Below are positions 1 to 8,321 of a stretch of 64,000 nucleotides of DNA, piece after piece (position 1 is the stretch's first letter; the number at the start of each line of letters is the position of its first letter). The position numbers and the translations under genes are program-made. The DNA comes from an uncultured delta proteobacterium. GTDB taxonomy: Bacteria; Myxococcota_A; Polyangia; Polyangiales; Polyangiaceae. The stretch spans positions 192,001-256,000 of the forward strand of contig CAVQUB010000009.1 of assembly GCA_963716725.1 (NCBI GenBank). The letters run 5' to 3'. Below the pieces are notes generated by a model. The model had not been told where the DNA came from. It saw only the letters and a program-made list of their open reading frames with translations, and did no database searches.

Positions 1-278
1 CCGGTCGCGACTTCGAGAGGCGCGCCGGTGGACTCGACCGAATCGTCGACCCCGACGCCCGTCAGCTCCCCGAGCGGGATCGCCACCGCCTCGCCCTGAT
101 CGAAGCCGACGATCTCGGCTTGGAGCGGCTCTCCGCGCCGCTTCAGCACGACGACGTCGCCCACCCGCGCCCCGGGCAGCGCGAGGCGGACCGAGAGCCC
201 GGTCACCGCTCGGACCCGCCCCTCGGCCACCAGGGCGGGGGACTCGGCGAGTCGGGCCCGGAGGGCGTCGAAATCCAT
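1..278 (-). CDS. FliI/YscN(SctN)-family type III secretion ATPase, N-terminal part (runs off window)
   Basis: Not in the ORF track. Manual translation from ATG at 278: MDFDALRARLAESPALVAEGRVRAVTGLSVRLALPGARVGDVVVLKRRGEPLQAEIVGFDQGEAVAIPLGELTGVG..., which resembles the FliI/SctN N-terminal beta-barrel (GRV..V.G, AEIVGF, PLG...G). Confidence 0.8.
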   Translation of the reverse strand, partial: MDFDALRARLAESPALVAEGRVRAVTGLSVRLALPGARVGDVVVLKRRGEPLQAEIVGFDQGEAVAIPLGELTGVGVDDSVESTGAPLEVAT

Positions 279-365
279 GCCTCGCGAGGGTACGGCCACG
301 GCCGACGCGGGCCAAGCGCTACTCAAGAGTTGCCCCGGCCGTGAGAGAGGTGCCACGCTTTTGCC

Positions 366-995
366 GTGCGGACTCTGCTGATCGCGATCGCGACCCTGAC
401 CTTGATCGCAACGGGCTGTCGGGTGCAGGCGAGCGCCAACCTCAACACTGGCCAGAAGGGCGGAGAAGAGTTCGACGACGAGCCGCCGGTGCAGGGCGAA
501 GAGGATACCAACACCCTCGCCGAGTACGCGCTGCTGGGGGCTCGCCACGATCTGCTGCTCTCACCCGACAAACGGACCCCGGTCTGCAGCTGCCTGGCGG
601 TGGCCCTGGGCGGCCCTGGCGACCCCGCGTTCAAGTGGAGCGGGCCCGCGCCGACCATCGACGCCGAGAACCAGTTGATCATCGCGGTGAGCTCCGAGGG
701 CATCGCCTGCGCGGGCGCGAAGCCGGACAACATCGGTGCTTCGTACTGGGGCTACAGAGTCTCCGGCGACGACGTCATCGTCACCATCGAGAACGCTCGG
801 GGCGGACGACCGCTGACCGGTGGGGCGATCATTCCCAAGCCCGTTGGCAACGGACAGGTCCTCGTCAGAGCTGCCAGCAGGGCCGTGCCCTACGGCAGAT
901 CGCTGACAGCCGGCGAGAAGTTCTGCAGGGCGGGCAACCCCGGTCCGGCGCGCAAGATCGGCGGCACCGATCCCAGCGGAGACGAAGACTGGTGA
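366..995 (+). CDS. Hypothetical lipoprotein
   Basis: Signal peptide with lipobox-like IATGC; GC3-rich codons. Confidence 0.75.
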   Translation: MRTLLIAIATLTLIATGCRVQASANLNTGQKGGEEFDDEPPVQGEEDTNTLAEYALLGARHDLLLSPDKRTPVCSCLAVALGGPGDPAFKWSGPAPTIDAENQLIIAVSSEGIACAGAKPDNIGASYWGYRVSGDDVIVTIENARGGRPLTGGAIIPKPVGNGQVLVRAASRAVPYGRSLTAGEKFCRAGNPGPARKIGGTDPSGDEDW

Positions 996-999
996 GCGC

Positions 1000-2127
1000 T
1001 CACTCCACCGGACGGCCAAGCGCCTTGGCCAGCGCCGCGCGTCGCTCTTGGATCACAGCGCCCAGGTTCCCGACCACGAACGCGGCGAATTGGTCCTTCG
1101 GAACGGGCGCGCAGACCTCGGCGTAGGCGTACTGGATCGCGCGGCGCATGTCGGCGGCCGATTGAAAGCGATCGTTCGGCTCTCGAGACATCGCGCGGTG
1201 CACGATCTCGGCGACGGGGCGCGGCGTGGTCGAAGGCAAGGGCGGCAGCGGCTCGCCGAATTTGATCTGCCGCACGATGGTCGCAATGTCCCCTTCGTAG
1301 GGTAAACGCGAGCAAATCAGACGATAGAGCACCACCCCGGCGGCCCAGACGTCCGTACGACGATCGGGGTTCACGCGCAGCACCTGCTCCGGCGCCATGT
1401 AGCTGACCTTGCCTTTGAGCACACCGGTGCGGGTTTGCTCCGCCAGCCGCTCGGAGGCCTTGGCCACCCCAAAATCGATGAGCTTCACGTCCCCCGACGA
1501 ACTCAGCATGATGTTCGCCGGAGACACGTCGCGGTGAACCAGATCGACCAACTCTCCCTTTGCGTCGCGGAGTTCGTGAGCGTTGTGAAGTCCGAGGCAG
1601 GCCTCGCCCACGATTCTGAGCGCGATGGACAACGGCACTTCTTTGCCCTTGGCGCTGAGGGCGCGCAGCAGCGCGCTCAGCGAATCGCCTTCGACCCACT
1701 CGAGCGCCACGAAGGGAATGTCCCCGTGCATGCCCACGTCGCGGATCGCCACCACGTTGGGGTGACGGATTTCGGACAGCAGCCGCGCCTCGTCCAAGAA
1801 CATGTGAACAAAGGCGAGATCGGAAGACAGATTGGGCAGGAGCGTCTTGAGGGCAACGACCTCGCACTCGCCACTGCGGCGCTGCCGCGACGCGAGCCAG
1901 ACCACGGCCATGCCGCCTTTGGCGATTTGCGTCACGAGCCGGTAGCGACCAACACTCCGCTCGGCCTCGAGGGGCGCGGGCATCGCCGGAACCAGCGGTG
2001 GCTCCGATGCTTGACTGACCACCCGTGCCCAGCGCTTCGCCAGCGGGCTCGTCTCCGTGAAGGTATCTTCCCCCCAGTCGCTGTCGGGAGGCGGGTCGTC
2101 GGGGTTTTGCGGGTCGCGGGAGCTCAT
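1000..2127 (-). CDS. Eukaryote-like Ser/Thr protein kinase (no TM segment seen)
   Basis: IAKGGMAVV, VALK, HRDVSPANI, DFG, YMAPEQ and DVWAAG motifs intact. Confidence 0.95.
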   Translation of the reverse strand: MSSRDPQNPDDPPPDSDWGEDTFTETSPLAKRWARVVSQASEPPLVPAMPAPLEAERSVGRYRLVTQIAKGGMAVVWLASRQRRSGECEVVALKTLLPNLSSDLAFVHMFLDEARLLSEIRHPNVVAIRDVGMHGDIPFVALEWVEGDSLSALLRALSAKGKEVPLSIALRIVGEACLGLHNAHELRDAKGELVDLVHRDVSPANIMLSSSGDVKLIDFGVAKASERLAEQTRTGVLKGKVSYMAPEQVLRVNPDRRTDVWAAGVVLYRLICSRLPYEGDIATIVRQIKFGEPLPPLPSTTPRPVAEIVHRAMSREPNDRFQSAADMRRAIQYAYAEVCAPVPKDQFAAFVVGNLGAVIQERRAALAKALGRPVE

Positions 2128-2307
2128 GCACGAGCGGCGCGCGCTGGGCGCAGGGCCGCAAGGTCAGGGTAACAGGAAGCCGCGCCCACGACAGCTCGCC
2201 GGCCGGCACCACAAAATCTCGGGGTTTTCCGGTTTGTGTGACGATCAACGTCCGGGCTCGCCGGGGGGCAGTGGCGACCCATCGCTCGGCCAAGGTAGTG
2301 ATGGGGC

Positions 2308-3108
2308 ATGTCCGATCGCGGCTTCGACGCCGGCGCGCCTTTTCGCCTGGTCTCCCCCACCCCGGGCGGAACCGCTCCGCACCAACCCACCGCGGACCGC
2401 GCCACCTTCCACCTCGAACAGCGTGACGCCGTCGAGTGGCTCGGGTCCCTGCGCGACTCCAGCGTGGACTTGGTGGTGACGGACCCAGCCTACGAGTCCC
2501 TGGAGAAGCACCGCGCCGTGGGCACCACCACGCGCCTGAAGAAGAGCCGAGCCAGCAGCAACGACTGGTTCGAGATCTTCCCGAACGCGCGCTTCCCCTC
2601 GCTCTTCGCCGAACTCTACCGCGTGCTGCGCAACAACAGCCACCTCTACTTGTTCTGCGATCAAGAGACGATGTTCGTCGCAAAGCCCGTGGCCGAGCAG
2701 GCGGGCTTCAAGTTCTGGAAGGCCCTGATCTGGGACAAGGAGCTCTTGGGCATGGGCTACCACTACCGCTGCCGCCACGAGCTCATCTTGTTCTTCGAGA
2801 AGGGCAAGCGAAAGCTCAACGACCTGTCCATCGCGGACGTGATCCGTCATGCCCGAGTCCGCGGGGGTTACCCCGCCGAGAAGCCCGTGGCCGTCTCGGA
2901 GATCCTGGTGCGCCAGAGCAGCGAGCCCGGCGCGCTGGTCATCGACCCGTTCATGGGCTCGGGCTCGGTGGGCGTCGCCGCCACCGGGCTCGGGCGGCAC
3001 TTCGCGGGCAACGACCTGTGCCGCGAGGCCGTCGACACCGCCGGGCGCCGCCTGGGAGAAGCGGGTGCTCGCAGGGACGAGTGCAGGTACGATGCCGCTC
3101 GACGATGA
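2308..3108 (+). CDS. Amino (N6-A/N4-C) DNA methyltransferase, beta-class motif order
   Basis: Motif IV VDLVVTDPAY precedes YPAEKP and motif I IDPFMGSGS. Confidence 0.9.
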   Translation: MSDRGFDAGAPFRLVSPTPGGTAPHQPTADRATFHLEQRDAVEWLGSLRDSSVDLVVTDPAYESLEKHRAVGTTTRLKKSRASSNDWFEIFPNARFPSLFAELYRVLRNNSHLYLFCDQETMFVAKPVAEQAGFKFWKALIWDKELLGMGYHYRCRHELILFFEKGKRKLNDLSIADVIRHARVRGGYPAEKPVAVSEILVRQSSEPGALVIDPFMGSGSVGVAATGLGRHFAGNDLCREAVDTAGRRLGEAGARRDECRYDAARR

Positions 3109-3584
3109 CCGGCAACCAGTACCGTAGGCTCGTCGCGCAGTACCTGCTCTCGGCGTACGCGGGGCGCGGGCTTCACCTCTATGAAGAAGTGAGCCTCGGG
3201 ACCAGCATCATCGGCAAGCAACGTCGCGTGGATCTCTTCGTGGTGCTCCCGAGCACGGGCGAAGCGCTGGTGCTCGAGTGCAAGTACCAAGACTCGTCGG
3301 GCACCACTGACGAGAAGATCCCCTACGCGCTCGAAGACCTGAAGGCGCTGCGCGTCCCAGCGGTCATCGCCTACGGGGGCGCGGGCTGGTCCGACGGCGT
3401 GCTCCACCTGCTACAGAGCTCGTCGCTCGCCGCGTTCTGCTTGCCCGGCGAGTCGATGCGGCCGGCGCATCGCAAGCAAGGGGAGCCCATCGACACCGGC
3501 ACCTGGCAGCTCGACCACGTGATCGCGCAGACCTTTCGCTGGTGGGACGTGGTGCTCTCGGGGCGCACGCCGTTGGTGTTGTGA
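3105..3584 (+). CDS. PD-(D/E)XK nuclease, putative type II restriction endonuclease
   Basis: ATG at 3105 overlaps the MTase stop (ATGA); RVDLF...LECKYQDSSGTTDEKIPY catalytic pattern. Confidence 0.8.
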   Translation: MTGNQYRRLVAQYLLSAYAGRGLHLYEEVSLGTSIIGKQRRVDLFVVLPSTGEALVLECKYQDSSGTTDEKIPYALEDLKALRVPAVIAYGGAGWSDGVLHLLQSSSLAAFCLPGESMRPAHRKQGEPIDTGTWQLDHVIAQTFRWWDVVLSGRTPLVL

Positions 3585-4123
3585 CCACGCCCACGTCCGC
3601 GCCCACGCCCACGCCCACGCCCACGCCCACGGTCGCCGAACGCTGGCCCCGACGTGCGCCGTGGCTGCGCGTGGTCCTGCTCGCGGGCTTCGTGCTGAGC
3701 CTGCCGCTGCAGTGGATCGAGGAGACGCCGTCGGGTTGCGGCGCGCCCCCTGGTCCTCCGGTGGTGAAGACGGGGTGGGAGCTGGTCGCACGCGATTCGC
3801 AGGGCATGGGAATGATCGCCTTCCTGATGATCTGCGGCCTCGCGCTGTTGGCGTTGTCGCGCGCTCGCAGAGCCGGCTCCGGGACTCGGCTCGCAGCCCA
3901 CGTGGTGGCAACGGCCACCGGCGCCCTGCTCTTCGTGTTGGTCCACTTCGCCGCGACCTTCACCCTGTTCGCCCGGCTCAAGCTGCTACCCGGGGCCCTC
4001 GTGGGACTCTGCTGCCTCGCGCTCGCTACGGTCGAAGCGCTGACGCGCGCCATTGGCGAGTTGCTCGCGTTGGTCGCCGCCCGACGCCGGCGGAGGTTGG
4101 ACGACCCACCGCATCGAAGCTAG
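3581..4123 (+). CDS. Hypothetical membrane protein (~4 TM) with N-terminal Thr-Pro repeat
   Basis: GTG start overlaps the nuclease stop (GTGA); hydrophobic segments; CCCACG 6-bp repeats at ~3585-3630. Confidence 0.65.
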   Translation: MTTPTSAPTPTPTPTPTVAERWPRRAPWLRVVLLAGFVLSLPLQWIEETPSGCGAPPGPPVVKTGWELVARDSQGMGMIAFLMICGLALLALSRARRAGSGTRLAAHVVATATGALLFVLVHFAATFTLFARLKLLPGALVGLCCLALATVEALTRAIGELLALVAARRRRRLDDPPHRS

Positions 4124-4137
4124 GCTCCGCCCCGCAC

Positions 4138-4221
4138 GCACGAGTGGCGGAATTGGCAGACGCGCCGGATTTAGGTTCCGGTTTCCGAGAGGAAGTGAAG
4201 GTTCAAGTCCTTTCTCGTGCA
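4138..4221 (+). tRNA. tRNA-Leu(TAG)
   Basis: Acceptor GCACGAG/CTCGTGC-A, D-arm GGCGGAATTGGCAGACGC, anticodon arm CCGGA-TTTAGGT-TCCGG, long variable arm TTCC-GAGA-GGAA, T-arm GAAGG-TTCAAGT-CCTTT; CCA not encoded. Confidence 0.95.
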
Positions 4222-4275
4222 CCGAGTTGATGCAGGATGGGGGCTGGTGGTTCGTCGGCGTCATCTCCTTCCGAT

Positions 4276-4515
4276 CTACGGCTTGATCAGATCGAGCAGT
4301 CGAAACACGCGCATCCAATCCTCGCCTTCCGCGAAACGCTCGAGCAGCGAGGCCGGCAGCTCCGTCTCCGACACCGCCGACACCCACAGTGCGCGCACCG
4401 CCCGCCACAGCGGCGTCGCCGTGAAGATCTCGCTCCACCACGTGCGCCATCGCGCGAGCGTGCGCCGGCTCCCACCGATGGCTCGCCGCAGCTCCGCCGC
4501 ACGGCGCGGACTCAC
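4276..4515 (-). pseudogene. 3' remnant of a small gene resembling transposon accessory ORFs
   Basis: SPRRAAELRRAIGGSRRTLARWRTWW...LPASLLERF recalls the C-terminus of HTH-like ORFs seen beside DDE transposases (from memory); appears 5'-truncated. Confidence 0.5.
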
Positions 4516-4517
4516 GC

Positions 4518-4773
4518 GGGATCCTGCTGCTGAAAGGAAAGGACAACATCTCCAGCAACAACGAGCCGTACGCGGACAAGCTCAAGTCGTACGCGAACAC
4601 GCTCTATTGGAACGAGACGCTTCGTGCGGATTCGTACAAGGCGAAGCTCGACATGTCGGCACTAAAGGCGAGCTTCAGTCTTGATCTGGCGCCCATTGGA
4701 CCACTTCGGACCCGACGAGCTAGAGGCGCGACACCGGTTGTTGTATCGGCTGGTGGACATCATCTGGGCGTAG
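4518..4773 (+). pseudogene. C-terminal remnant of a GmrSD-like (DUF262/DUF1524) restriction protein, frameshifted
   Basis: Manual translation GILLLKGKDNISSNNEPYADKLKSYANTLYWNETL...LDLAP, then +1 shift near 4695 to LDHFGPDELEARHRLLYRLVDIIWA*; G-x-LLL...N...Y..K..Y and terminal R..L.....IW resemble DUF1524 C-termini; no start codon. Confidence 0.6.
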
Positions 4774-4800
4774 GTGGCGAGCTGCGGGGTTAGCCGACTT

Positions 4801-5658
4801 CTAGCGTCGAGCCCCTCGCATCGCCCTGGTCTTGGCAGAGGAAAGTCGAGCCAACTTCTTCAAGTAGTCGTCCACCGACAGATCATGGGCGGCTGCGAGT
4901 TTCCGGAGGGTATTTGCATGGGGCAAGGTAGATCCCTCCTCCAGCCGGCGGACCTGTCGCTCGCTCAATCCCGTGATCGCGGACTGCTTGAGGCCAGCTT
5001 GCTCCCGGAACGCCCGGATGGCCTTGCCGTACCGAGCCGCTTCCTTGCGACGTTCCGCGTCGTGCTGCTTTCGGACCTCGGGATCGGCATGCTCCCGGAT
5101 GGTGTCGAGGTTCAAGTCGATGTCACCCGCCTTCCAGTGGATCCGGCTTCCCGAGGAACTCAGCTCGAAGTTCTGAAGAGCGCCTTCGTCGAGTCCAGCG
5201 AGTGCTGAAAGCTCGGAAACCGGTACTTCGTACCGCTTCGGCTCGCAGCTCCAGACGAGCAGCTTGCCGTTTTCGACGGAGGCCGAAGCAATCAGATCTT
5301 TCTCCGCACCGACCGAGTGAGCTTGGGCTACCCGTCGCGCCGCATCGGCACCGGGAGCGACAAATGGTTCCGCCTCCAGGCGCCGCGCCCAATGAGTGAG
5401 GGCTTGCAGTGCGGCCGATGTTCGAGGCTGATCTGATTTGATCTGGATGAACATGATGGACGTAGGGTGGTGCAGAACGAGGTCGTAGAGCTTTTCCAGG
5501 CCAAGCCTTCGTTCGGGAACATCCAGGTCTGCGAGCAGGGCCAGGAGTAGACGGTGGGCCTTTCGCGCCGACGGTCTGGTCGAGAATTTGGGTGCGTCGC
5601 CTAGAACTGCTCGGATCTGTGGCGCAGATTCACTGTGGACCAGGATCTCGACATTCAT
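4801..5658 (-). CDS. Putative antitoxin/regulator: unknown N-domain + DUF2442-like domain + C-terminal XRE HTH
   Basis: L.NFELSSSGSRIHWKAGDIDL (DUF2442-like); GKAIRAFREQAGLKQSAITGLSERQVRRLEEG (XRE HTH); GGAGG RBS before ATG 5658. Confidence 0.75.
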   Translation of the reverse strand: MNVEILVHSESAPQIRAVLGDAPKFSTRPSARKAHRLLLALLADLDVPERRLGLEKLYDLVLHHPTSIMFIQIKSDQPRTSAALQALTHWARRLEAEPFVAPGADAARRVAQAHSVGAEKDLIASASVENGKLLVWSCEPKRYEVPVSELSALAGLDEGALQNFELSSSGSRIHWKAGDIDLNLDTIREHADPEVRKQHDAERRKEAARYGKAIRAFREQAGLKQSAITGLSERQVRRLEEGSTLPHANTLRKLAAAHDLSVDDYLKKLARLSSAKTRAMRGARR

Positions 5659-5660
5659 GA

Positions 5661-5951
5661 CTATTCCTCCGGGCCTGGGTCTTTGACCATCACCTTTCGG
5701 CTCCACTCGTCGAGGAGAGCCACTCGTTGCGCTTCCGCGAGATCGCCGAGGGAACGAAGCTCTCGCTTCCCCGGTCCGCCGCCACCAAACTTGGGCCAGA
5801 CGATCTGGAACATCTCTGCTGGGTCTCGAAGGAAGAAGACGCGGACTTGCCAGTGCCCGGATTTCTCAGCGTGAAAATGCTGCGGTAGGTGATCATCGGA
5901 GTTGAACCAGAGGTCGAGCCCCGGAACGGTGAAGGCATCAACCCGAGGCAC
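5661..5951 (-). CDS. DUF4160-like small protein, putative toxin
   Basis: 96 aa; FNSDDHLPQHFHA motif and C-terminal LLDEW; 2 bp upstream of the DUF2442-like gene. Confidence 0.75.
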   Translation of the reverse strand: MPRVDAFTVPGLDLWFNSDDHLPQHFHAEKSGHWQVRVFFLRDPAEMFQIVWPKFGGGGPGKRELRSLGDLAEAQRVALLDEWSRKVMVKDPGPEE

Positions 5952-6163
5952 GACTCAATCTAGCGCCACCGGACATTCTACGCAAGCGACACGAGAAATG
6001 GCCGGCCTTGCCTTGCGGCGACAGGGCTCGAAGCCATCGTCCGTGGGATCGAATTCACACCGCATTCGTCGCTGAATCGTCGCCAGCACTCCAAACGGAG
6101 CCCAACCACGCTAATCGCCCTCTCGCAACAACGCGGATCAGTTCGGTTCGCATCCGTTCGCGA

Positions 6164-6226
6164 CAGACGCGCCGGATTTAGGTTCCGGTATCGAAAGATG
6201 TGGAGGTTCGAGTCCTCCCTCGTGCA
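6164..6226 (+). repeat. att site: displaced 3' part of tRNA-Leu(TAG)
   Basis: Identical to the tRNA over 26 bp, then ATC-GAAA-GAT variable arm, GGAGG-TTCGAGT-CCTCC T-arm and CTCGTGCA; the 5' acceptor strand and 5' D-arm are missing. Confidence 0.9.
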
Positions 6227-6231
6227 GCAGG

Positions 6232-6438
6232 TCAGATTCGTAGCCGTTTCGGCGATGCGTTGGCGACGGGTGCTCGCGCAGATGTGGTGATAGCCGTCGC
6301 TATTCCGACGATATTATCGCGAGCCACTCCTCCGGGATCCATCTCGGCCAGCTCGGGGATGGCTTCATGCAGCGGCACGAGGCGCTCCACGTTCAGCTCG
6401 GCGTAGATGCCGACGGCGTGGTCGTAGCGGTCGATCAT
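6232..6438 (-). CDS. Short hypothetical ORF or fragment (ELN-x5-PLHEAIPELA motif)
   Basis: Shares this motif with the adjacent ORF 6472-6765. Confidence 0.4.
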   Translation of the reverse strand: MIDRYDHAVGIYAELNVERLVPLHEAIPELAEMDPGGVARDNIVGIATAITTSARAPVANASPKRLRI

Positions 6439-6471
6439 GCTCGTTGTCCGTGTGCCGGGTCCGACGCTTGC

Positions 6472-6765
6472 TCACGCTGTCGCTCTCGCCGCGAGCACGA
6501 ACCAGCGTGACGTAGGCTCAGCTCGCCGGCAAGCTCTACGGCGACCACGTTCGGCATCGACGTGGCCTTCGCCGAAATTCTCACCAGCGAGCCAGACGTC
6601 GTCGAGGGAAGCAGTTTCTTGGGGCTCATCGGGATCGTAGGACCGGAGCTGAGGATCTATCCGACGGGCGAGCACGTTGCCGAGAAGCTGCACGCCAAAG
6701 GTCGCTGCAAGCTCCGGGATGGCTTCGTGCAAGGGCGTGAACCACCCGAGGTTCAGCTCCGTCAT
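6472..6765 (-). CDS. Short hypothetical ORF or fragment (ELN-x5-PLHEAIPELA motif)
   Basis: Shares this motif with ORF 6232-6438; same frame. Confidence 0.45.
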   Translation of the reverse strand: MTELNLGWFTPLHEAIPELAATFGVQLLGNVLARRIDPQLRSYDPDEPQETASLDDVWLAGENFGEGHVDAERGRRRACRRAEPTSRWFVLAARATA

Positions 6766-6803
6766 CGACTCGGCGTCCCAGCCGCATCCGGCGGGCGCTG
6801 GCT

Positions 6804-8216
6804 CTACTGGACTAGCTTGAACTCGATGCGCCGGTTCTTCTGCTTTCCGGCCTTGGTCTTGTTGTCGGCGAGGGGCTCGTCGGGGCCGGCGCCACGGGTC
6901 TCGATGCGCTCGGCGGCGATGCCCTTCTTGGCGAAGTACTCCTTGACGGACTCGGCGCGCTTCTTCGACAGCTCTAGGTTGTGGTCACGCTTCCCGTCGG
7001 TGTCCGTGTGGCCGCTGATCTCCATGCGAAGCTTGGGGTAGTCCGTCAGCACCTTGACCGCCTCGTCCAGCACGGTGAACGACTTTGGCCTGATCGTGGC
7101 CTTGTTCACGTCGAACTCGATGCCCTGGATCACGCCGGAGAATTTCTTCACGGCCTCGGGCAGCTGGTCGGGGCAGCCGTCGTCGTCCTCGAAGCCGTTC
7201 TTGGTTTCGCGCTCCGTGGGGCACTTGTCGTTCGGATCCAGGATGCCGTCCTGGTCGGGGTCCCTGTCCGGGCAACCGTCGGGCGCGATGCCCTTCTCGT
7301 CGGGGCACTTGTCGTCGGGATCGAGGAACCCGTCCTTGTCGCGGTCGCCCACCGGGCAACCGTCCGGCGCAACGCCCTTGTCGTCGGGGCACTTGTCGTC
7401 GGGATCGAGGAACCCGTCCTTGTCGCGGTCGCCCGCCGGGCAGCCATCCGGTGCAACGCCCTTGTCGTCGGGGCACTTGTCGTCGGAATCGAGGAACCCG
7501 TCCTTGTCGCGATCACTGGGCGCCGCGGCCGGCTCGGGCTTCTTCTCCTCGCTGCGCCCCAGCGTGAGGCTCAGCCCCAAGAGCACCTCCGGATGGTGAG
7601 CGGTCTCACCGCGCTTGCCGCGAGACTCCGGGCTCTTGCCGGTCATGTTGTCCCGCAGATCCAGGCGCACGCCGAGCAAACTAGTGAACGCGAGCTTGGC
7701 GCCGATGCCGACGTGCACTGCGGGGTCACCGTCGTCGCCCATGGCATCCGTGGACGCGCCGATGCGCCCGAGCCCCGCCACCACGAAGGGCGTGATCCGC
7801 GATCCGGGGACCTGCCCGATCACGTGCCCCCGCATGCCCCAGAGCATTGCGTTCTCTTCACCCGCCGACGCCGCCGGTCCGAGCGCGCCTTCGAGCTCGG
7901 CGCCGACGAATGAGAGCGGAAAGTACGCGGCGCGGAGCCCGAGCTCGAGGGCCGGACGCTTGAAGGTCTGGTGGGAGTCGTTCACGGCGCGCAGGTTGTG
8001 ATCGTCGCTCATCCAGATGAGCCCGCCGAACAGACCGAGCTCGACCAGGTTCGGCTCCGGCGAGTAGCGACCGAACCATCCTTCACCGCTCGCGCTCGCG
8101 CTGCCTTCGCTGCCTTCGAACGACAGTGATCCGGAAGCGCCCGCCTCCTGGGCTCGAGCGGGAAGAGCAACCAGCGTGGAGAGCAAGAGCGCAGACAGGA
8201 CGATAGGGGCTCGCAT
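6804..8216 (-). CDS. OmpA-family outer membrane protein (beta-barrel + TSP3-type repeats + OmpA C domain)
   Basis: Signal peptide MRAPIVLSALL; DRDKDGFLDxDDKCPD repeats; ISGHTD...NLELSKKRA...NRRIEF. Confidence 0.93.
   Translation of the reverse strand: MRAPIVLSALLLSTLVALPARAQEAGASGSLSFEGSEGSASASGEGWFGRYSPEPNLVELGLFGGLIWMSDDHNLRAVNDSHQTFKRPALELGLRAAYFPLSFVGAELEGALGPAASAGEENAMLWGMRGHVIGQVPGSRITPFVVAGLGRIGASTDAMGDDGDPAVHVGIGAKLAFTSLLGVRLDLRDNMTGKSPESRGKRGETAHHPEVLLGLSLTLGRSEEKKPEPAAAPSDRDKDGFLDSDDKCPDDKGVAPDGCPAGDRDKDGFLDPDDKCPDDKGVAPDGCPVGDRDKDGFLDPDDKCPDEKGIAPDGCPDRDPDQDGILDPNDKCPTERETKNGFEDDDGCPDQLPEAVKKFSGVIQGIEFDVNKATIRPKSFTVLDEAVKVLTDYPKLRMEISGHTDTDGKRDHNLELSKKRAESVKEYFAKKGIAAERIETRGAGPDEPLADNKTKAGKQKNRRIEFKLVQ
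7275..7513 (-). repeat. About 3 copies of an 84-bp coding repeat (28-aa Ca-binding unit)
   Basis: Near-identical DNA units encoding DRDKDGFLDxDDKCPDxKGxAPDGCP. Confidence 0.85.
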
Positions 8217-8321
8217 GCCCGTCCAAGTGCCATCCGCCGGCGCGGGAGACAAGGGGCGGCGAGCGCGCACGCAAAGATTGCTGCGCGCGCTTGTGCCGTT
8301 CAGCGGAACTGACCTCCGGGC

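Larger units (their letters stand above)
4157..6226. mobile_element. Degenerate tRNA-Leu-integrated island (~2 kb, no integrase)
   Basis: 26-bp direct repeat CAGACGCGCCGGATTTAGGTTCCGGT at 4157-4182 and 6164-6189; the interior looks less GC-rich and holds gene fragments plus a TA pair. Confidence 0.85.

Noticed and set aside
2210..2238. CACAAA-N17-TTTGTG inverted repeat as an operator for the R-M genes
   Set aside because: Only 6-bp arms, a single instance and no controller gene nearby.
2436..3104. N-terminal extension of the 382-aa ORF
   Set aside because: It is an off-frame overlap of the MTase; the coupled start is ATG 3105.
4222..6163. Active prophage or ICE
   Set aside because: No integrase, structural or conjugation genes lie between the att repeats.
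6164..6226. A second functional tRNA-Leu
   Set aside because: It lacks the 5' acceptor strand and most of the D-arm, so it is treated as an att fragment.
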